Positions 10,308 through 21,320 of a stretch of DNA of 64,000 nucleotides are shown here, piece after piece; positions within the stretch are counted from its first letter, which is position 1, and every line of letters begins with the position of its first letter. The position numbers and the translations under genes were made by a program. The stretch comes from Candidatus Kryptoniota bacterium. Its GTDB lineage: Bacteria > Bacteroidota > Ignavibacteria > Kryptoniales > JAKASW01. Location of the stretch: assembly GCA_046705025.1 (NCBI GenBank), contig JBJKQU010000043.1, positions 104,961-168,960 on the forward strand. The letters are read 5' to 3'. The notes under the pieces were generated by a model that was not told the origin of the DNA, did not search any database, and worked only from the letters and a program-made list of their open reading frames with translations.

Positions 10308-13112
10308 CTAGCCCAGGACTTTCTTCAAAGCTGCACCGGTTCTCGATTCACCGACGAGCATTATTTCCTCCGGCGTTCCCTTCGCCATGACCTTCCCGCC
10401 GTCTTCTCCGGCTTCCGGTCCCAGGTCGATGACGTAGTCGGCACATTTGATGACGTCGAGGTTGTGCTCGACCACGATCACGCTGTTCCCGCGATCACGG
10501 AGCTCGAGAAGTACATCCAGCAGTTTCGATATCTCTTCGAAGTGAAGGCCCGTTGTGGGCTCGTCCAGGACAAACAGCACCTCTCTCTCACTGCTGCCGG
10601 AAAGGTAGCTGGAAATCTTCAGCCTCTGTGCTTCTCCGCCCGAAAGCGTGGAGAGTCTCTGTCCGAGTTTCAGGTAGCTCAGCCCGACTCTGTCGAGGAG
10701 TTTCAGAGGTTTGACGACATCCTTCTTGTCGCCAAAAAACTCAAGCGCCTCGGCAACGGTCAAGTCGAGAACATCTGCAATGTTCTTCCCGCGATACTTT
10801 ATCTCGAGGGCTTCTGAGCTGTATCTTTTCCCGTTGCATGCCTCACACTCCAGGGTGACATCCGCAAGGAACTGCATCTCGACAACCTGTATCCCTTCGC
10901 CGTTGCATGCTTCGCATCGTCCTCCCCAGCCGACATTGAAGGAAAAGTAGCTTGCCGTGAGCCCCCTTTCTCTGGAGAGAGGTGTATCGGCAAAAATGCT
11001 CCTTATCGAATCAAAGGTACCGCTGTAGGTAGCCACATTGGATCTAGAGACTCTTCCCACGGCGCTCTGGTCTATCAGCTCAACAGATTCGGGCATATAA
11101 TCAAACGAGATCCCCTTCACGCGACTGGTGGAGATTTCCACGTTTTCAGGCGAACCTGCAACTGAGGCCTCAATACCTTTTTCCTTCAGCGCATCATAAA
11201 GGATGTCGTAAACAAGAGTACTCTTCCCGGAGCCGCTCACACCTGTTATGCAAACGAACGAGTAAAGGGGAATATCGACATTCAGGTTGTCCAGGTTATG
11301 CATCCTGGCTCCCCTGATTCGAATAAACTTCTCAACCGGCTTTCTTTTCTTGGGAATTGCGATTTTCTTCTCGCCGCGCAGGTACTTGCCGGTCAAAGAT
11401 TTCTTCGACCTGAGTAATCCCCTGAACGTCCCCTCATACATTATTTCTCCGCCCATCGCTCCCGATCCGGGGCCCAGATCTATTATGTAGTCGGCATTCT
11501 TCATCATCTCTGCATCGTGCTCGACTACGATCACCGTGTTCTCGTAGGCACGAAGATTCTTCAAGATCGACACCAGCCTGTCCATGTCGCGCGGGTGCAG
11601 GCCGATGCTCGGTTCGTCCAGGACGTATGCCGTCGCGACCAGCGTTGAAGCCAGACTGGTGGCAAGATTGACTCTTTGCGCTTCTCCGCCGGATAACGTT
11701 GACGAGAGCCGATCGAGTGTAAGGTACCCCAGTCCTATCTGATACAGGTAGCCGATCCTCTTCCGTATTTCTTCGAGCACCTGTTCGGCTATTACGGCGC
11801 TCTCACCTTCCAACTTGACCAATTCAAAGAACTTGTGTGCCCTCACAACCGTCATCGACACGATGCCTGCCATGTTCTGGCCGTCGATCTCTACTGCGAG
11901 AGCTTCGCTGCGCAATCTCGCTCCGTTGCAACTCGGACAGGTCACATAGCCGCGGTACTTATCGAGGAAGTACCTTACGGAGAAAGAATGGGATTTTTTT
12001 TCAAGGTTCTTAACGAAACCCCGTAAGCCTATGAAAGCATCGTCACCGTTTATTAGGAACCGCCATTCCTTTTCGGTCAGATCCCGAATCGGTACATCGA
12101 GCCGAATCTTTCCGGCATTTGCCGCCTTCAAGAGCGAACGCCGGTACAGGTCGAATGCCGGCGCGGAGATCAAGCTGTTGCCGCCGTGCAGAATGCTGAG
12201 GAATGGGTTCGCCACCGTCCTTTCCCAGTCGTAACCCATGATGGTTCCGAATCCCTGGCATTCAGGGCAGGCACCATAGGGATTATTGAAAGAGAAAAGT
12301 CTCGGCTCGGGCTCGAGGTAGCTTCTTCCACACCGGGAGCACTCGAAGCTGTTTGAGAAACGGTGCGTTTTGCCTTCGTCAACTTCATGGATATATATGC
12401 TGTCCGAACCGTTAAGAAACCCCTGTTCGCAGGCTTCAGTTACACGCTCTTCGTAGCCCTCACTCCCTACAACAAGCCTATCGGCAAGAACGAGGAATTC
12501 ATTTCCCAATTCGTACACCTTCTCATCCGAATCGATGATTTGACCCGGCTTTTTCGGGTCGGTAAACCTGAAGAATCCCCGGCGCCGCAGATCTGCAATC
12601 AGCGACTTGTTGTCACCATTCCCGACGCGAAAGAGAATGTGTATCCGCTTGTCTTTCTGGAAGTTACTTATTGATTTCAATATCGACTGAGGTGAGTATT
12701 TCACGACCGGAAGGCGGCAGTTTGTGCAAAATACGGTTCCGGCTCTGCCGAACAGAAGCCTCAGGTAGTCGTATATCTCAGTCATGGTAGCCACTGTCGA
12801 CCTCGGATTCCTGCTCAAACGGCGCTGCTCGATTGCGACGGTAGGGGAGATACCATGAACGGAATCGACATCAGGCCTTTCCATACGCTCGAGGAACTGT
12901 CTGACATACGCTGAAAGGCTCTCAATGTACCTCCTTTGACCTTCGGCGTAGATCGTATCGAAAGCCAGACTGGACTTCCCGCTTCCTGAAGGTCCGGTGA
13001 CGACGGTAATCTTGCCTTTGGGTATACTCACCGTAATGTTCTTCAGGTTATGTGTGCGTACACCCTCGAGAACTAATAAATCGTCTTCGATTAACTCTGT
13101 CGCTCCGCTCAT
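10308..13112 (-). CDS. uvrA: Excinuclease ABC subunit UvrA
   Basis: Two ABC cassettes ([31 protein letters not shown] twice) and zinc-binding CxxC pairs. Confidence 0.97.
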   Translation of the reverse strand: MSGATELIEDDLLVLEGVRTHNLKNITVSIPKGKITVVTGPSGSGKSSLAFDTIYAEGQRRYIESLSAYVRQFLERMERPDVDSVHGISPTVAIEQRRLSRNPRSTVATMTEIYDYLRLLFGRAGTVFCTNCRLPVVKYSPQSILKSISNFQKDKRIHILFRVGNGDNKSLIADLRRRGFFRFTDPKKPGQIIDSDEKVYELGNEFLVLADRLVVGSEGYEERVTEACEQGFLNGSDSIYIHEVDEGKTHRFSNSFECSRCGRSYLEPEPRLFSFNNPYGACPECQGFGTIMGYDWERTVANPFLSILHGGNSLISAPAFDLYRRSLLKAANAGKIRLDVPIRDLTEKEWRFLINGDDAFIGLRGFVKNLEKKSHSFSVRYFLDKYRGYVTCPSCNGARLRSEALAVEIDGQNMAGIVSMTVVRAHKFFELVKLEGESAVIAEQVLEEIRKRIGYLYQIGLGYLTLDRLSSTLSGGEAQRVNLATSLASTLVATAYVLDEPSIGLHPRDMDRLVSILKNLRAYENTVIVVEHDAEMMKNADYIIDLGPGSGAMGGEIMYEGTFRGLLRSKKSLTGKYLRGEKKIAIPKKRKPVEKFIRIRGARMHNLDNLNVDIPLYSFVCITGVSGSGKSTLVYDILYDALKEKGIEASVAGSPENVEISTSRVKGISFDYMPESVELIDQSAVGRVSRSNVATYSGTFDSIRSIFADTPLSRERGLTASYFSFNVGWGGRCEACNGEGIQVVEMQFLADVTLECEACNGKRYSSEALEIKYRGKNIADVLDLTVAEALEFFGDKKDVVKPLKLLDRVGLSYLKLGQRLSTLSGGEAQRLKISSYLSGSSEREVLFVLDEPTTGLHFEEISKLLDVLLELRDRGNSVIVVEHNLDVIKCADYVIDLGPEAGEDGGKVMAKGTPEEIMLVGESRTGAALKKVLG

Positions 13113-13298
13113 CCTGGAAATTGCCTCATCTCAACTCAATAGTTTCCGGTAAATTTCGTAAACACTTCCGCATGACTCTCTGTTAATTTAATAAAGAGAC
13201 AACAATGTTTGGAGCACGGTGGTTCACCTCCCTCACCTGCCAGCGGCGGCAGAACATCCATTTTCCCGTCGGGCAGGATGTGGCTCAATTTAAAAATA

Positions 13299-13396
13299 TT
13301 CAACGCAGAGGACGAAAAGAAGGCGCAAAGCACGCAGAACAACTATATTCTTTCGCGGTCTCTGCGATTATTTGTCTTTGCGAACTCTGCGTTAAA
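13299..13396. repeat. Nested palindromic intergenic element (AACGCAGAG...CTCTGCGTT)
   Basis: Outer arms AACGCAGAG 13302-13310 and CTCTGCGTT 13385-13393, with inner CGCAAAG/CTTTGCG and CGCAGA/TCTGCG arms. Confidence 0.7.
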
Positions 13397-13429
13397 TCAA
13401 ACCGAGCCAGTACCTCGGGCCGGTGAAAC

Positions 13430-13458
13430 TTGAAACCTATCTCTCCAAAAACTATATT
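13430..13458 (+). promoter_or_regulatory. Sigma70-type promoter (TTGAAA-17-TATATT) of the kinase-regulator-dacB operon
   Basis: 17-nt spacing; in-frame GTG 6 nt downstream. Confidence 0.5.
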
Positions 13459-13464
13459 TTTCGC

Positions 13465-15042
13465 GTGAAGTTAGGAATGCCAGCCCCCTCGTTGCGGACA
13501 AGAATCACAGCTGTCGTCGTACTCATCCTGTTTGCAACGGGTCTGTTGATTACGTATTTCAACTCGATTGCCACTGAGCAGATGCTTTTCCGTGACGCTG
13601 AAAGCAGCGCTCATCTGATTGCAGCTGAATTCAATCTGGCGACGCGGTCGACCATGAAGATCAACACCATGACCCTTGAAGTCAATGCCAGGCTCGCTCT
13701 CAGACTGCTGCACGAGGCGGAATTCATCGCATTCTTCCAAAGAGTGGGACCGGATTCCCTGCGGTTGGTTGCTTCTGCGGGGACGCGACCCGCGGAAGCA
13801 CAACTCGCTTTCGTCCGAACGACACTTGTCAAGGACCTCTTGAAGAAGTCACCTGTGTCCTCTGTGCGGCACGGCAACACCGTTTTTTCATATTCGGTTC
13901 TGCTGCGTGACAGCGACCAGGTCTGGGGTTATGCTGTAACTGAGGTGACCCTCCGAAGTGTTAGGCAGACTGTAAGACGGAGCCAGGTAATAGGAGCGAC
14001 GATTACTCTGGCGGTCAGCGTTTTCGCCTCTTTCCTTCTCCTCTTCGCAATGCGTCTGACCTTCCTGAGGTCGTTCGGGGATCTGGAAGAAGCGATGCAG
14101 GAGGCCGCCGGCGGGAACATGGGAGTGCGGTTGTCATTGACTTCCGGTGCGGAATTTCGCACTCTCTCGTCGATCTACAATAAAATGATGACGGAGCTCC
14201 AACGCGCGCATGAGATAAGCCAGTCCGAGGTGAAGCGCCAGGAAGAATACAATGATCGCCTGAAGAGAGAGATTGCAGTAGCAACGGAGTCGTTGCGCGA
14301 AAAGAGTGACGAGATCATGTCGATGCAGGAAAAACTCCGCCTCTTCGAGTCGCAGGCATCACTCGGAAAAGTTGCATCAAAGCTCGCCCACGAACTCGGG
14401 AGTCCGCTCAACGCCATCTATACCTCCGTGCAACTGATGATGGAGAACAATATCGCGGAAAACAGCAAGAAAAAGCTCAAGGTCATCGAGAGACAGGTTG
14501 AGACTATGATTGGAATCATCAACCGTTCTCTCCAGGCCCGCAAGATCGCGATGCCGTCAAAACAGCGAGTCGTTTTGAAGAATCTCATCGAGGAAACGAA
14601 GTTGGTGATGGATCCAAAATTGAGGGAGAAATCAGTGGGTCTCACCGTCTGGCTTGACAACCCCATGGCTGTAGTAAACGTCGATGCCGTGCAAATACAA
14701 CAAGTTCTGATAAACCTCCTGAACAACTCTATTGAAGCAATCGGAGCGAGAAAGAATAAAGAGACGAAAGGCCATATCGCACTGAATGTCTACGAGGATA
14801 AGGAGGAGGGATTTGAGAACATAAGGTTCGACGTCTCCGACAACGGCGACGGGGTGCCGAAAGAAATTGTCGGACAGCTGTTCAGTGATTTCATAAACAG
14901 TACTAAGCCGAGCGGCAACGGGATCGGCCTTGTGATTTGTAAGGAAATTGTCGACAGGCACGGGGGACGAATATTCCTTTCCGAGACTTCCGAAACCGGA
15001 TCGACTTTCTCACTAATAATACCATTGAAAGATGAAAGATAA
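13465..15042 (+). CDS. HAMP-domain sensor histidine kinase
   Basis: Two TM segments, HAMP/coiled coil, LAHELGSPL, QQVLINLLNN, DNGDG, GNGIGL. Start uncertain (13465 GTG or 13477 ATG). Confidence 0.92.
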   Translation: MKLGMPAPSLRTRITAVVVLILFATGLLITYFNSIATEQMLFRDAESSAHLIAAEFNLATRSTMKINTMTLEVNARLALRLLHEAEFIAFFQRVGPDSLRLVASAGTRPAEAQLAFVRTTLVKDLLKKSPVSSVRHGNTVFSYSVLLRDSDQVWGYAVTEVTLRSVRQTVRRSQVIGATITLAVSVFASFLLLFAMRLTFLRSFGDLEEAMQEAAGGNMGVRLSLTSGAEFRTLSSIYNKMMTELQRAHEISQSEVKRQEEYNDRLKREIAVATESLREKSDEIMSMQEKLRLFESQASLGKVASKLAHELGSPLNAIYTSVQLMMENNIAENSKKKLKVIERQVETMIGIINRSLQARKIAMPSKQRVVLKNLIEETKLVMDPKLREKSVGLTVWLDNPMAVVNVDAVQIQQVLINLLNNSIEAIGARKNKETKGHIALNVYEDKEEGFENIRFDVSDNGDGVPKEIVGQLFSDFINSTKPSGNGIGLVICKEIVDRHGGRIFLSETSETGSTFSLIIPLKDER

Positions 15043-16375
15043 GATAGCAGTCATAGACGATCATGCGGACTCGCTTGAACTACTCCGGGAGGCCCTCTCG
15101 CCCTCATACGAGGTGCAGACATTTTCCGACCCTGTCGCTGCCCTTGAGGAACTGAAGAGGCATTCTTACTCCGCCGTAGTTACGGACGTGATGATGCCGG
15201 CGATGAACGGTATAGAACTCATGAGTCGCATCCTCAAATTCGAACCTACGCTCCCTGTCATCCTCATTACCGCGTTCGGAACACTCGAAACAGCCGCAAA
15301 CACCATCAAGAGCGGCGCATTCGACTACCTGAGCAAACCGCTCAATTTAAACGAGATAAGGTTAGTAGTCTCGAACGCGGTCTCGCATTTCCACGTGACC
15401 AAGGATGCCCAGGTTGAAATCACCGGGAAACAGAAGGAGATCAATGTCTCGAACGTCGTCGGAAAAAGCGAGAGCATGCTGAGAGTCTTCAAGGTCATTG
15501 GCCGTGCGGCACCGACAAATTCGAGCATCCTTATACAGGGCGAAAGCGGTACCGGGAAGGAGATTGTTGCCCGCTCCATTCATGTAAATAGCCCCCGCGC
15601 GGGGAAGCCGTTCATACCGATTAACGTGGCCGCTATCCCGGAACAGCTTCTTGAGGCGGAGCTGTTCGGCCATGAAAAGGGCGCATTCACCGGGGCGCTC
15701 TTCGCTCGTGACGGCCTGTTCACTGAGGCAGACGGCGGCACACTTTTCCTGGACGAGGTCGGGGAGATTCCGCTGCAACTTCAGCCGAAGCTGCTGAGAG
15801 TTCTGCAGGAACACGAGGTCAGAAGGATCGGCAGTACGGCTTCGAAACTGGTGGACGTCAGGATCATCGCCGCGACTAACAAGAACCTGGAAGAGCTCGT
15901 CCATGACAAGCTGTTCAGAGAGGACCTGTTCTACAGACTGAGCGTGATCAAAATTGAGCTCCCCCCTCTCCGAGAGAGGAGGGAGGATATTCCGCTTCTG
16001 ATAGAATACTTCATTAACAAGTATAATCGTCAGCATAATAAGCAGGTAACCGGAATGACCGACGAACTGGTTGCAAAGCTCATCAACCTGGAATGGCCAG
16101 GGAACGTCCGGGAACTGGAAAACTTTGTGGACCGTGCCATCGCGCTTGCCGCCGGGCCGGTCCTGACACTTTCCGATGCAGATATCCCCACTACGCGAAA
16201 AGTTGACGAAGAGTGGGCAGAAAGAATACCGATGAACCTCAGCCTCGATGAACTGGAAATAGAATACATGAAGCGCGTGCTAAGGGAGCATAACAACAAT
16301 TACGTCGAAGCCGCACAAGTACTCAAGATAAACAAAAGCACACTATACAGAAAGCTAGGCAAGCCACCGAAATGA
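15032..16375 (+). CDS. Sigma54-dependent response regulator (NtrC/AtoC family)
   Basis: Receiver domain, GESGTGKE, GAFTGA, WPGNVREL, C-terminal Fis-type HTH. Confidence 0.96.
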   Translation: MKDKIAVIDDHADSLELLREALSPSYEVQTFSDPVAALEELKRHSYSAVVTDVMMPAMNGIELMSRILKFEPTLPVILITAFGTLETAANTIKSGAFDYLSKPLNLNEIRLVVSNAVSHFHVTKDAQVEITGKQKEINVSNVVGKSESMLRVFKVIGRAAPTNSSILIQGESGTGKEIVARSIHVNSPRAGKPFIPINVAAIPEQLLEAELFGHEKGAFTGALFARDGLFTEADGGTLFLDEVGEIPLQLQPKLLRVLQEHEVRRIGSTASKLVDVRIIAATNKNLEELVHDKLFREDLFYRLSVIKIELPPLRERREDIPLLIEYFINKYNRQHNKQVTGMTDELVAKLINLEWPGNVRELENFVDRAIALAAGPVLTLSDADIPTTRKVDEEWAERIPMNLSLDELEIEYMKRVLREHNNNYVEAAQVLKINKSTLYRKLGKPPK

Positions 16376-17976
16376 GATCTGACAAGATTGCCCTGCTGAT
16401 ATTCTGCGCAGTATTGTTGAGTGTAATGACTGTTCAATCTCGTGTCAGGCAAACGAGATCGGAGCGCCTGCTCAAGCGACAGATCGGGTTCATCGTCAAA
16501 GAATCGAAATCACCGGAGACTATAAAAGCAATAGAGGTCTATTCACGACGGCACAGAAGGATCCTTTACCATTCGTATTCACAACTGCTGCTTCACCCCG
16601 CCAGCAACCTGAAGATCGTGACGACTTCATGTGCCCTGCAGAATCTGAGCGGTAACTATAATTTCAAGACGATGTTCGAGGCAGCAGGTGACCAAAGAGC
16701 GGATACTCTCTTCGGCAATCTGGTCGCGGTCGGAGGCGGCGATCCGATACTGAGTTATTCGGACCTGGATTCCGCTGCGGGAGTTATCTCAAACACCGGC
16801 ATCAGGTACGTCACGGGGAATCTTGTAATCGATATCGCTAAGTTCGACTCAATACAGTGGGGAAACGGATGGATGTGGGACGACGAGCCCTCTTCGTTTG
16901 CAATGTTCATCAGCCCTACTTGCCTTGACCACAACACCATTACAGTCAATGTTTCTCTTGACCCTTTCGTCCACAGGCTGCTGGTGACGACTCAGCCTGA
17001 GACACAATTTGTCAAGATAGCGTGCGAGGCTGTCCCGGGCGCTACCGACAGCTTGTACGTCACGAGAATAATGCTGAATGACACCAATACCATATACGTG
17101 GGAGGAACTTATACGGACGATCTCGCCCCTTCGACCTATGATTTCTCCGTAAGGCATCCTGCTCATTACTTCGGTACCGTTCTTCGTGAACTCCTGCGAA
17201 AAAATGATGTCGAGATTGACGGCCAGTTGGTCGTGACCCGGAGTGTCCCCGACCCTTTTGGACTGAGGGATATTTTTACATTCAGACATTCGATCGACAC
17301 AGTGATTACATACACAAACAAAGTCTCTGACAACCTCGGTGCGGAATGCTTTCTTCGGGAGGTCCCTCCCGAAGTCTACGGGGAAATCGGGAGCGCAAAG
17401 AACGGGATTGACATCGAGAAGCAATACTTACACGAGTGCGGCATCGACACCACGCAGTATTATATCGTCGACGGGTCCGGGGTTTCTCATTACGACCTGA
17501 TTACTCCGAACGCGATTGTGAAGGTCTTGATTCACATGCTTGACGAGCCTACAAGGGGAATATTCTTTCACAGCCTACCGATTGCGGGGTATGACGGTTC
17601 CCTTGCAAACAGAATGACAGAAAGCTACGTACGAGGGAGGGTGCACGCCAAGACGGGTTCAATAAGCGGAGTAAGCACCTTGTCCGGATATGTGATAATC
17701 CCAAGGGACACGCTCGTTTTTTCGATGATGATGCAAAATTTCGTAGGAAGCGAGGACTCAATGCTCGCATTGCAGAACAGGCTGTGTGCTATTCTCGCGC
17801 AATACAATGACAACTCGCGAATCTTCTCACGCAACCTCAGAAGGTACCGAATTGGGACATATGGCATAACGAGGGAAGCATACTACCGAAGGAGGCACGA
17901 GAGCTTGCAGGCTCATGATAGGCCGGTCGAGACTCGGTCCCCGGGAATGACCCAAAAACGCGGTGAAAAGCGTTGA
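16372..17976 (+). CDS. dacB: D-Ala-D-Ala carboxypeptidase/endopeptidase PBP4 (peptidase S13)
   Basis: PASNLK (SxxK), SDN (SxN), DGSG and AKTG motifs. Confidence 0.93.
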   Translation: MRSDKIALLIFCAVLLSVMTVQSRVRQTRSERLLKRQIGFIVKESKSPETIKAIEVYSRRHRRILYHSYSQLLLHPASNLKIVTTSCALQNLSGNYNFKTMFEAAGDQRADTLFGNLVAVGGGDPILSYSDLDSAAGVISNTGIRYVTGNLVIDIAKFDSIQWGNGWMWDDEPSSFAMFISPTCLDHNTITVNVSLDPFVHRLLVTTQPETQFVKIACEAVPGATDSLYVTRIMLNDTNTIYVGGTYTDDLAPSTYDFSVRHPAHYFGTVLRELLRKNDVEIDGQLVVTRSVPDPFGLRDIFTFRHSIDTVITYTNKVSDNLGAECFLREVPPEVYGEIGSAKNGIDIEKQYLHECGIDTTQYYIVDGSGVSHYDLITPNAIVKVLIHMLDEPTRGIFFHSLPIAGYDGSLANRMTESYVRGRVHAKTGSISGVSTLSGYVIIPRDTLVFSMMMQNFVGSEDSMLALQNRLCAILAQYNDNSRIFSRNLRRYRIGTYGITREAYYRRRHESLQAHDRPVETRSPGMTQKRGEKR

Positions 17977-18001
17977 GCTTTTAGCAGCGTTTCGTTAAAT
18001 T
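17973..18001 (+). promoter_or_regulatory. Sigma70-type promoter of tRNA-His (TTGAGC-17-TAAATT)
   Basis: 17-nt spacing, about 20 nt upstream of the tRNA. Confidence 0.5.
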
Positions 18002-18022
18002 AATACGCAAGTTTGTAGTTAT

Positions 18023-18097
18023 GCTGGCGTAGCTCAGTTTGGTTAGAGCGCCTGACTGTGGATCAGGAGGTCATGGGTTCGAATCCCCTCGCCAGTA
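18023..18097 (+). tRNA. tRNA-His (GUG), CCA not encoded
   Basis: Acceptor GCTGGCG/CGCCAGT, D arm GCTC/GAGC, anticodon arm CCTGA-CTGTGGA-TCAGG, T loop TTCGAAT, discriminator A. Confidence 0.96.
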
Positions 18098-18525
18098 CGT
18101 ACTTCGCAGGTTTTTGAAAAGTTGTGACAGGCTTGTGACGGACTGTTTTTATGACCGATACCACATCATCGCACACCTCCCTTTCCTGGATTTACCGTAC
18201 TTTCCATCTCCGACCGGCTGCTTTTTCGACGATCCTCTCTTACCTCGCCTAAAATCATGGTGGTCTCCCTTCGTGTTATGAGACGTCAACTTTCTCCCGG
18301 CCTTTTCCGGCAGTACACCGGGATACGAATGTGAGACCACCTTTTCTGATTTACCGGGACAGGACTTGTCCTGATAGACCGGATCGGGAAAAACACAAAA
18401 CTGGTGAACAGAATAGACCGGGAGTTTATATGCAAGTTGCATTTGATTTGGTTTCATTATTAAACTGCAATAGTTCATTCTCGTTTGTCATTACATATAA
18501 TTAGAGATAAAAAACGGGCACTTAC

Positions 18526-19995
18526 ATGCTACTGAATAATATTAATATGAAAATAACGATAGTTATCTCTGTGTTTATATTGTTCTTATTGCATCCGGAG
18601 GTAATACCTGCCAAACAAAAGATCAAAAATGAAGGCAATACTATAGAACTCATTTCTTCTGATAATCCTTTAGATACGGCATTTTCATGGGCAAAGAAGA
18701 TCGCCCTGGGGTATGCAAGAGCTGGAGATCCAGTTGGCAGATGGTATGATGCCGCCTTGCCCGGAAGAGAATCTTTTTGTATGAGAGATGTATCGCATCA
18801 GGCGGTTGGAGCATATTTCTTGGGACTCGAAAGTTATACCAAGAACATGCTTGCTAAGTTTGCTCAGAATATCTCCGCTTCAAAAAAATGGTGTTCATAT
18901 TGGGAAATCAACAAGTACAATAAGCCGACTCCGGTCGATTATGTTTCCGATAATCATTTTTGGTATGATCTCCCCGCAAACTTTGATGTTATGCAGGCAT
19001 GTTATGAAATGTATAAATTGACGGGGGACTCTTCATTACTGCTAAGTGCTCCTTTCTATCCCTTTCACTATCACACGATTCATGATTATACGAAAACCTG
19101 GGATTCTAACCATGACGGTGTCATGAATGCTTCGGACGAATCCTCGATGGGGATAGCTTCTTACGTAGAAAGCGTAGGTGGTATTTTCACGGGGGCTGAT
19201 TTGCTTTTGGCACAGTCGAAGGGTTACAAGATCTTCTCGCACATTATGAAAATTAAGAACAAGTTGGACAGTGCAAAAATGTATATGAGTATGTCGAATA
19301 GATTAAAAGAAATGTTTGATCACAAATGGTGGGATACGAAGGATAAAAGATTCTATGATTATATAGATTTTAGCGGAAAATATGAAAACCTGAATTATAT
19401 TCCCGGAGCTTTAATTTTGGCTCTGCATTTCGGGTTGGTGACGGGAAAACATGAAAGAGAACATGTTATTTCTGTTTTGGATAAATGCATTAAGATGAAA
19501 AACAGAGTAGAAGAACATTCTTACTTAGCAATGTTTTTGTATCGGTATGATAAACCGGAAGAAGCCTATCGCAGTTTACTGTTTTCAGTCGACCCCTCTG
19601 TCAAAAGAAGGACGTATCCGGAGGTATCATACGCATTTATAGGAAGTGTCGTAGAAGGATTAATGGGAGTAAATCTGAATGCTCCAGGAAATATTGTAAC
19701 GACAATTCCAAGGCTTCCTGAAAACATGAAATATATAGAGCTGAAAAATATTCCGTGGAAAACCGGTTATATTACGGTTGAGCATAATGAATTGAAGTCG
19801 ACCACACTTATTTCCAATGCAAAGAGATCGTTTGTGTGGAGGGCAGTGTTCCCCGGTACAGGTACAAAACTATTCGTGAACCATAAGGAGGTGAAAGCAA
19901 AGGAACAATTGGATTTGTATGGTAAACCAGAGACTTATGTCGACGTAATAGTTAAGCCAGGAGTAAGTTGTATTGTGTCGAAATCAAGTCTGTGA
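18526..19995 (+). CDS. Secreted putative six-hairpin (alpha/alpha)6 glycoside hydrolase
   Basis: Signal peptide, FCMRDVSHQ motif, WW-D-x-x-x-F pattern, YPEVS, C-terminal beta-rich tail; adjacent to a GH27 gene. Fold is inference. Confidence 0.55.
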   Translation: MLLNNINMKITIVISVFILFLLHPEVIPAKQKIKNEGNTIELISSDNPLDTAFSWAKKIALGYARAGDPVGRWYDAALPGRESFCMRDVSHQAVGAYFLGLESYTKNMLAKFAQNISASKKWCSYWEINKYNKPTPVDYVSDNHFWYDLPANFDVMQACYEMYKLTGDSSLLLSAPFYPFHYHTIHDYTKTWDSNHDGVMNASDESSMGIASYVESVGGIFTGADLLLAQSKGYKIFSHIMKIKNKLDSAKMYMSMSNRLKEMFDHKWWDTKDKRFYDYIDFSGKYENLNYIPGALILALHFGLVTGKHEREHVISVLDKCIKMKNRVEEHSYLAMFLYRYDKPEEAYRSLLFSVDPSVKRRTYPEVSYAFIGSVVEGLMGVNLNAPGNIVTTIPRLPENMKYIELKNIPWKTGYITVEHNELKSTTLISNAKRSFVWRAVFPGTGTKLFVNHKEVKAKEQLDLYGKPETYVDVIVKPGVSCIVSKSSL

Positions 19996-20053
19996 TACCG
20001 GAAAATATTTTGAGCAATTAACCTTATCATCTAACCATTAAACCGGAATATCT

Positions 20054-21241
20054 ATGAAAAAAACCATCTTTACGCTTTTGATTTTTGCGGCGGCCGCATC
20101 AGTAGCTTTAGCACAAAAATACCCCGGACTCGCCTTGACGCCTCCAATGGGTTGGAACAGTTGGAATACTTTCCAGACTAACATCAACGAAAAAATGGTT
20201 GAAGAAATGGCCGATGCCATGGTCTCTTCCGGCATGCGTGATGCGGGATACAGGTATATCGTCATTGATGATGGCTGGGAGGCTCCCACGCGTGATTCGC
20301 TTCAAAATTTGGTGGCTGATCCCAAGAAATTTCCTCACGGGATAAAAGCGCTGGCAGATTACATACACTCAAGAGGCTTGAAATTCGGCATTTACAATTG
20401 TGCAGGCACTAAAACTTGTGCGGGATACCCGGGCGCTCATGGGCATGAATACCAGGATGCGCTTACCTATGCATCGTGGGGCGTGGACTATTTAAAATAC
20501 GACTGGTGCAATCATAAAGGTATCAATGCCGTTGATGCCTACACCACGATGAGCAAAGCATTGGCTGCCACACATCGTCCGATCGTATTCAGCATGTGCG
20601 AATGGGGAACCAACAAACCCTGGTTATGGGGAGCCCCAATTGCCGAATTGTGGCGGACCACAGATGATATTTATGCCCAGTGGGGACGGATCTGCCACAT
20701 CATCGACAAAGAAGCCAATTTACGCCAATATGCCGGACCGGGACATTGGAATGACCCTGACATGCTCGAAGTGGGTAACGGCATGCCGGTTAGTGAGGAT
20801 CGGGCGCATTTTTCAATGTGGGCAATGCTTGCCGCACCACTTATCGCAGGCAATGATTTACGCCAGATGAGCGAAGAAACACGTGAGATCTTAACCAATC
20901 GGAGTGTGATTGCGGTCGATCAGGATTCCTTAGGAATACAGGCATTACGATACACAGTCAAAGATAGCCTGGAAACATGGATGAAACCGCTGAAGAATGG
21001 AAATTGGGCTGTCTGTTTCCTGAACGAGGCGTTTGAACCTAAAGCTATTGATTTTGACTGGAAAGCAAACGTGGTGAAAGACACATTATCACACAGGGAC
21101 TTAAACGCCAATGCACAATCGTATAATATTGTGGATTTATGGACGAACAAAACGCTTGGAACAACCCAAAAGGAATTGAAAGGGACTGTTCCTCCTCATG
21201 ACGTGTTGATGATTCATCTATCAAAAGAAATAGAAAAATAG
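20054..21241 (+). CDS. Alpha-galactosidase, glycoside hydrolase family 27
   Basis: TPPMGWNSWN, IDDGW, WGVDYLKYDWC, WNDPDMLEVGN motifs; signal peptide. Confidence 0.96.
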   Translation: MKKTIFTLLIFAAAASVALAQKYPGLALTPPMGWNSWNTFQTNINEKMVEEMADAMVSSGMRDAGYRYIVIDDGWEAPTRDSLQNLVADPKKFPHGIKALADYIHSRGLKFGIYNCAGTKTCAGYPGAHGHEYQDALTYASWGVDYLKYDWCNHKGINAVDAYTTMSKALAATHRPIVFSMCEWGTNKPWLWGAPIAELWRTTDDIYAQWGRICHIIDKEANLRQYAGPGHWNDPDMLEVGNGMPVSEDRAHFSMWAMLAAPLIAGNDLRQMSEETREILTNRSVIAVDQDSLGIQALRYTVKDSLETWMKPLKNGNWAVCFLNEAFEPKAIDFDWKANVVKDTLSHRDLNANAQSYNIVDLWTNKTLGTTQKELKGTVPPHDVLMIHLSKEIEK

Positions 21242-21320
21242 GTCATCTAACATGTTCTGTGTTTTGCGGATACAATAATCGACAGGATTCTTGTTATTGA
21301 TATTTTGATCATTCATGGTT

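Noticed and set aside
18039-18281. 80-aa ORF starting MVRAPDCGSGG
   Set aside because: It is a translation of the tRNA-His sequence, not a protein.
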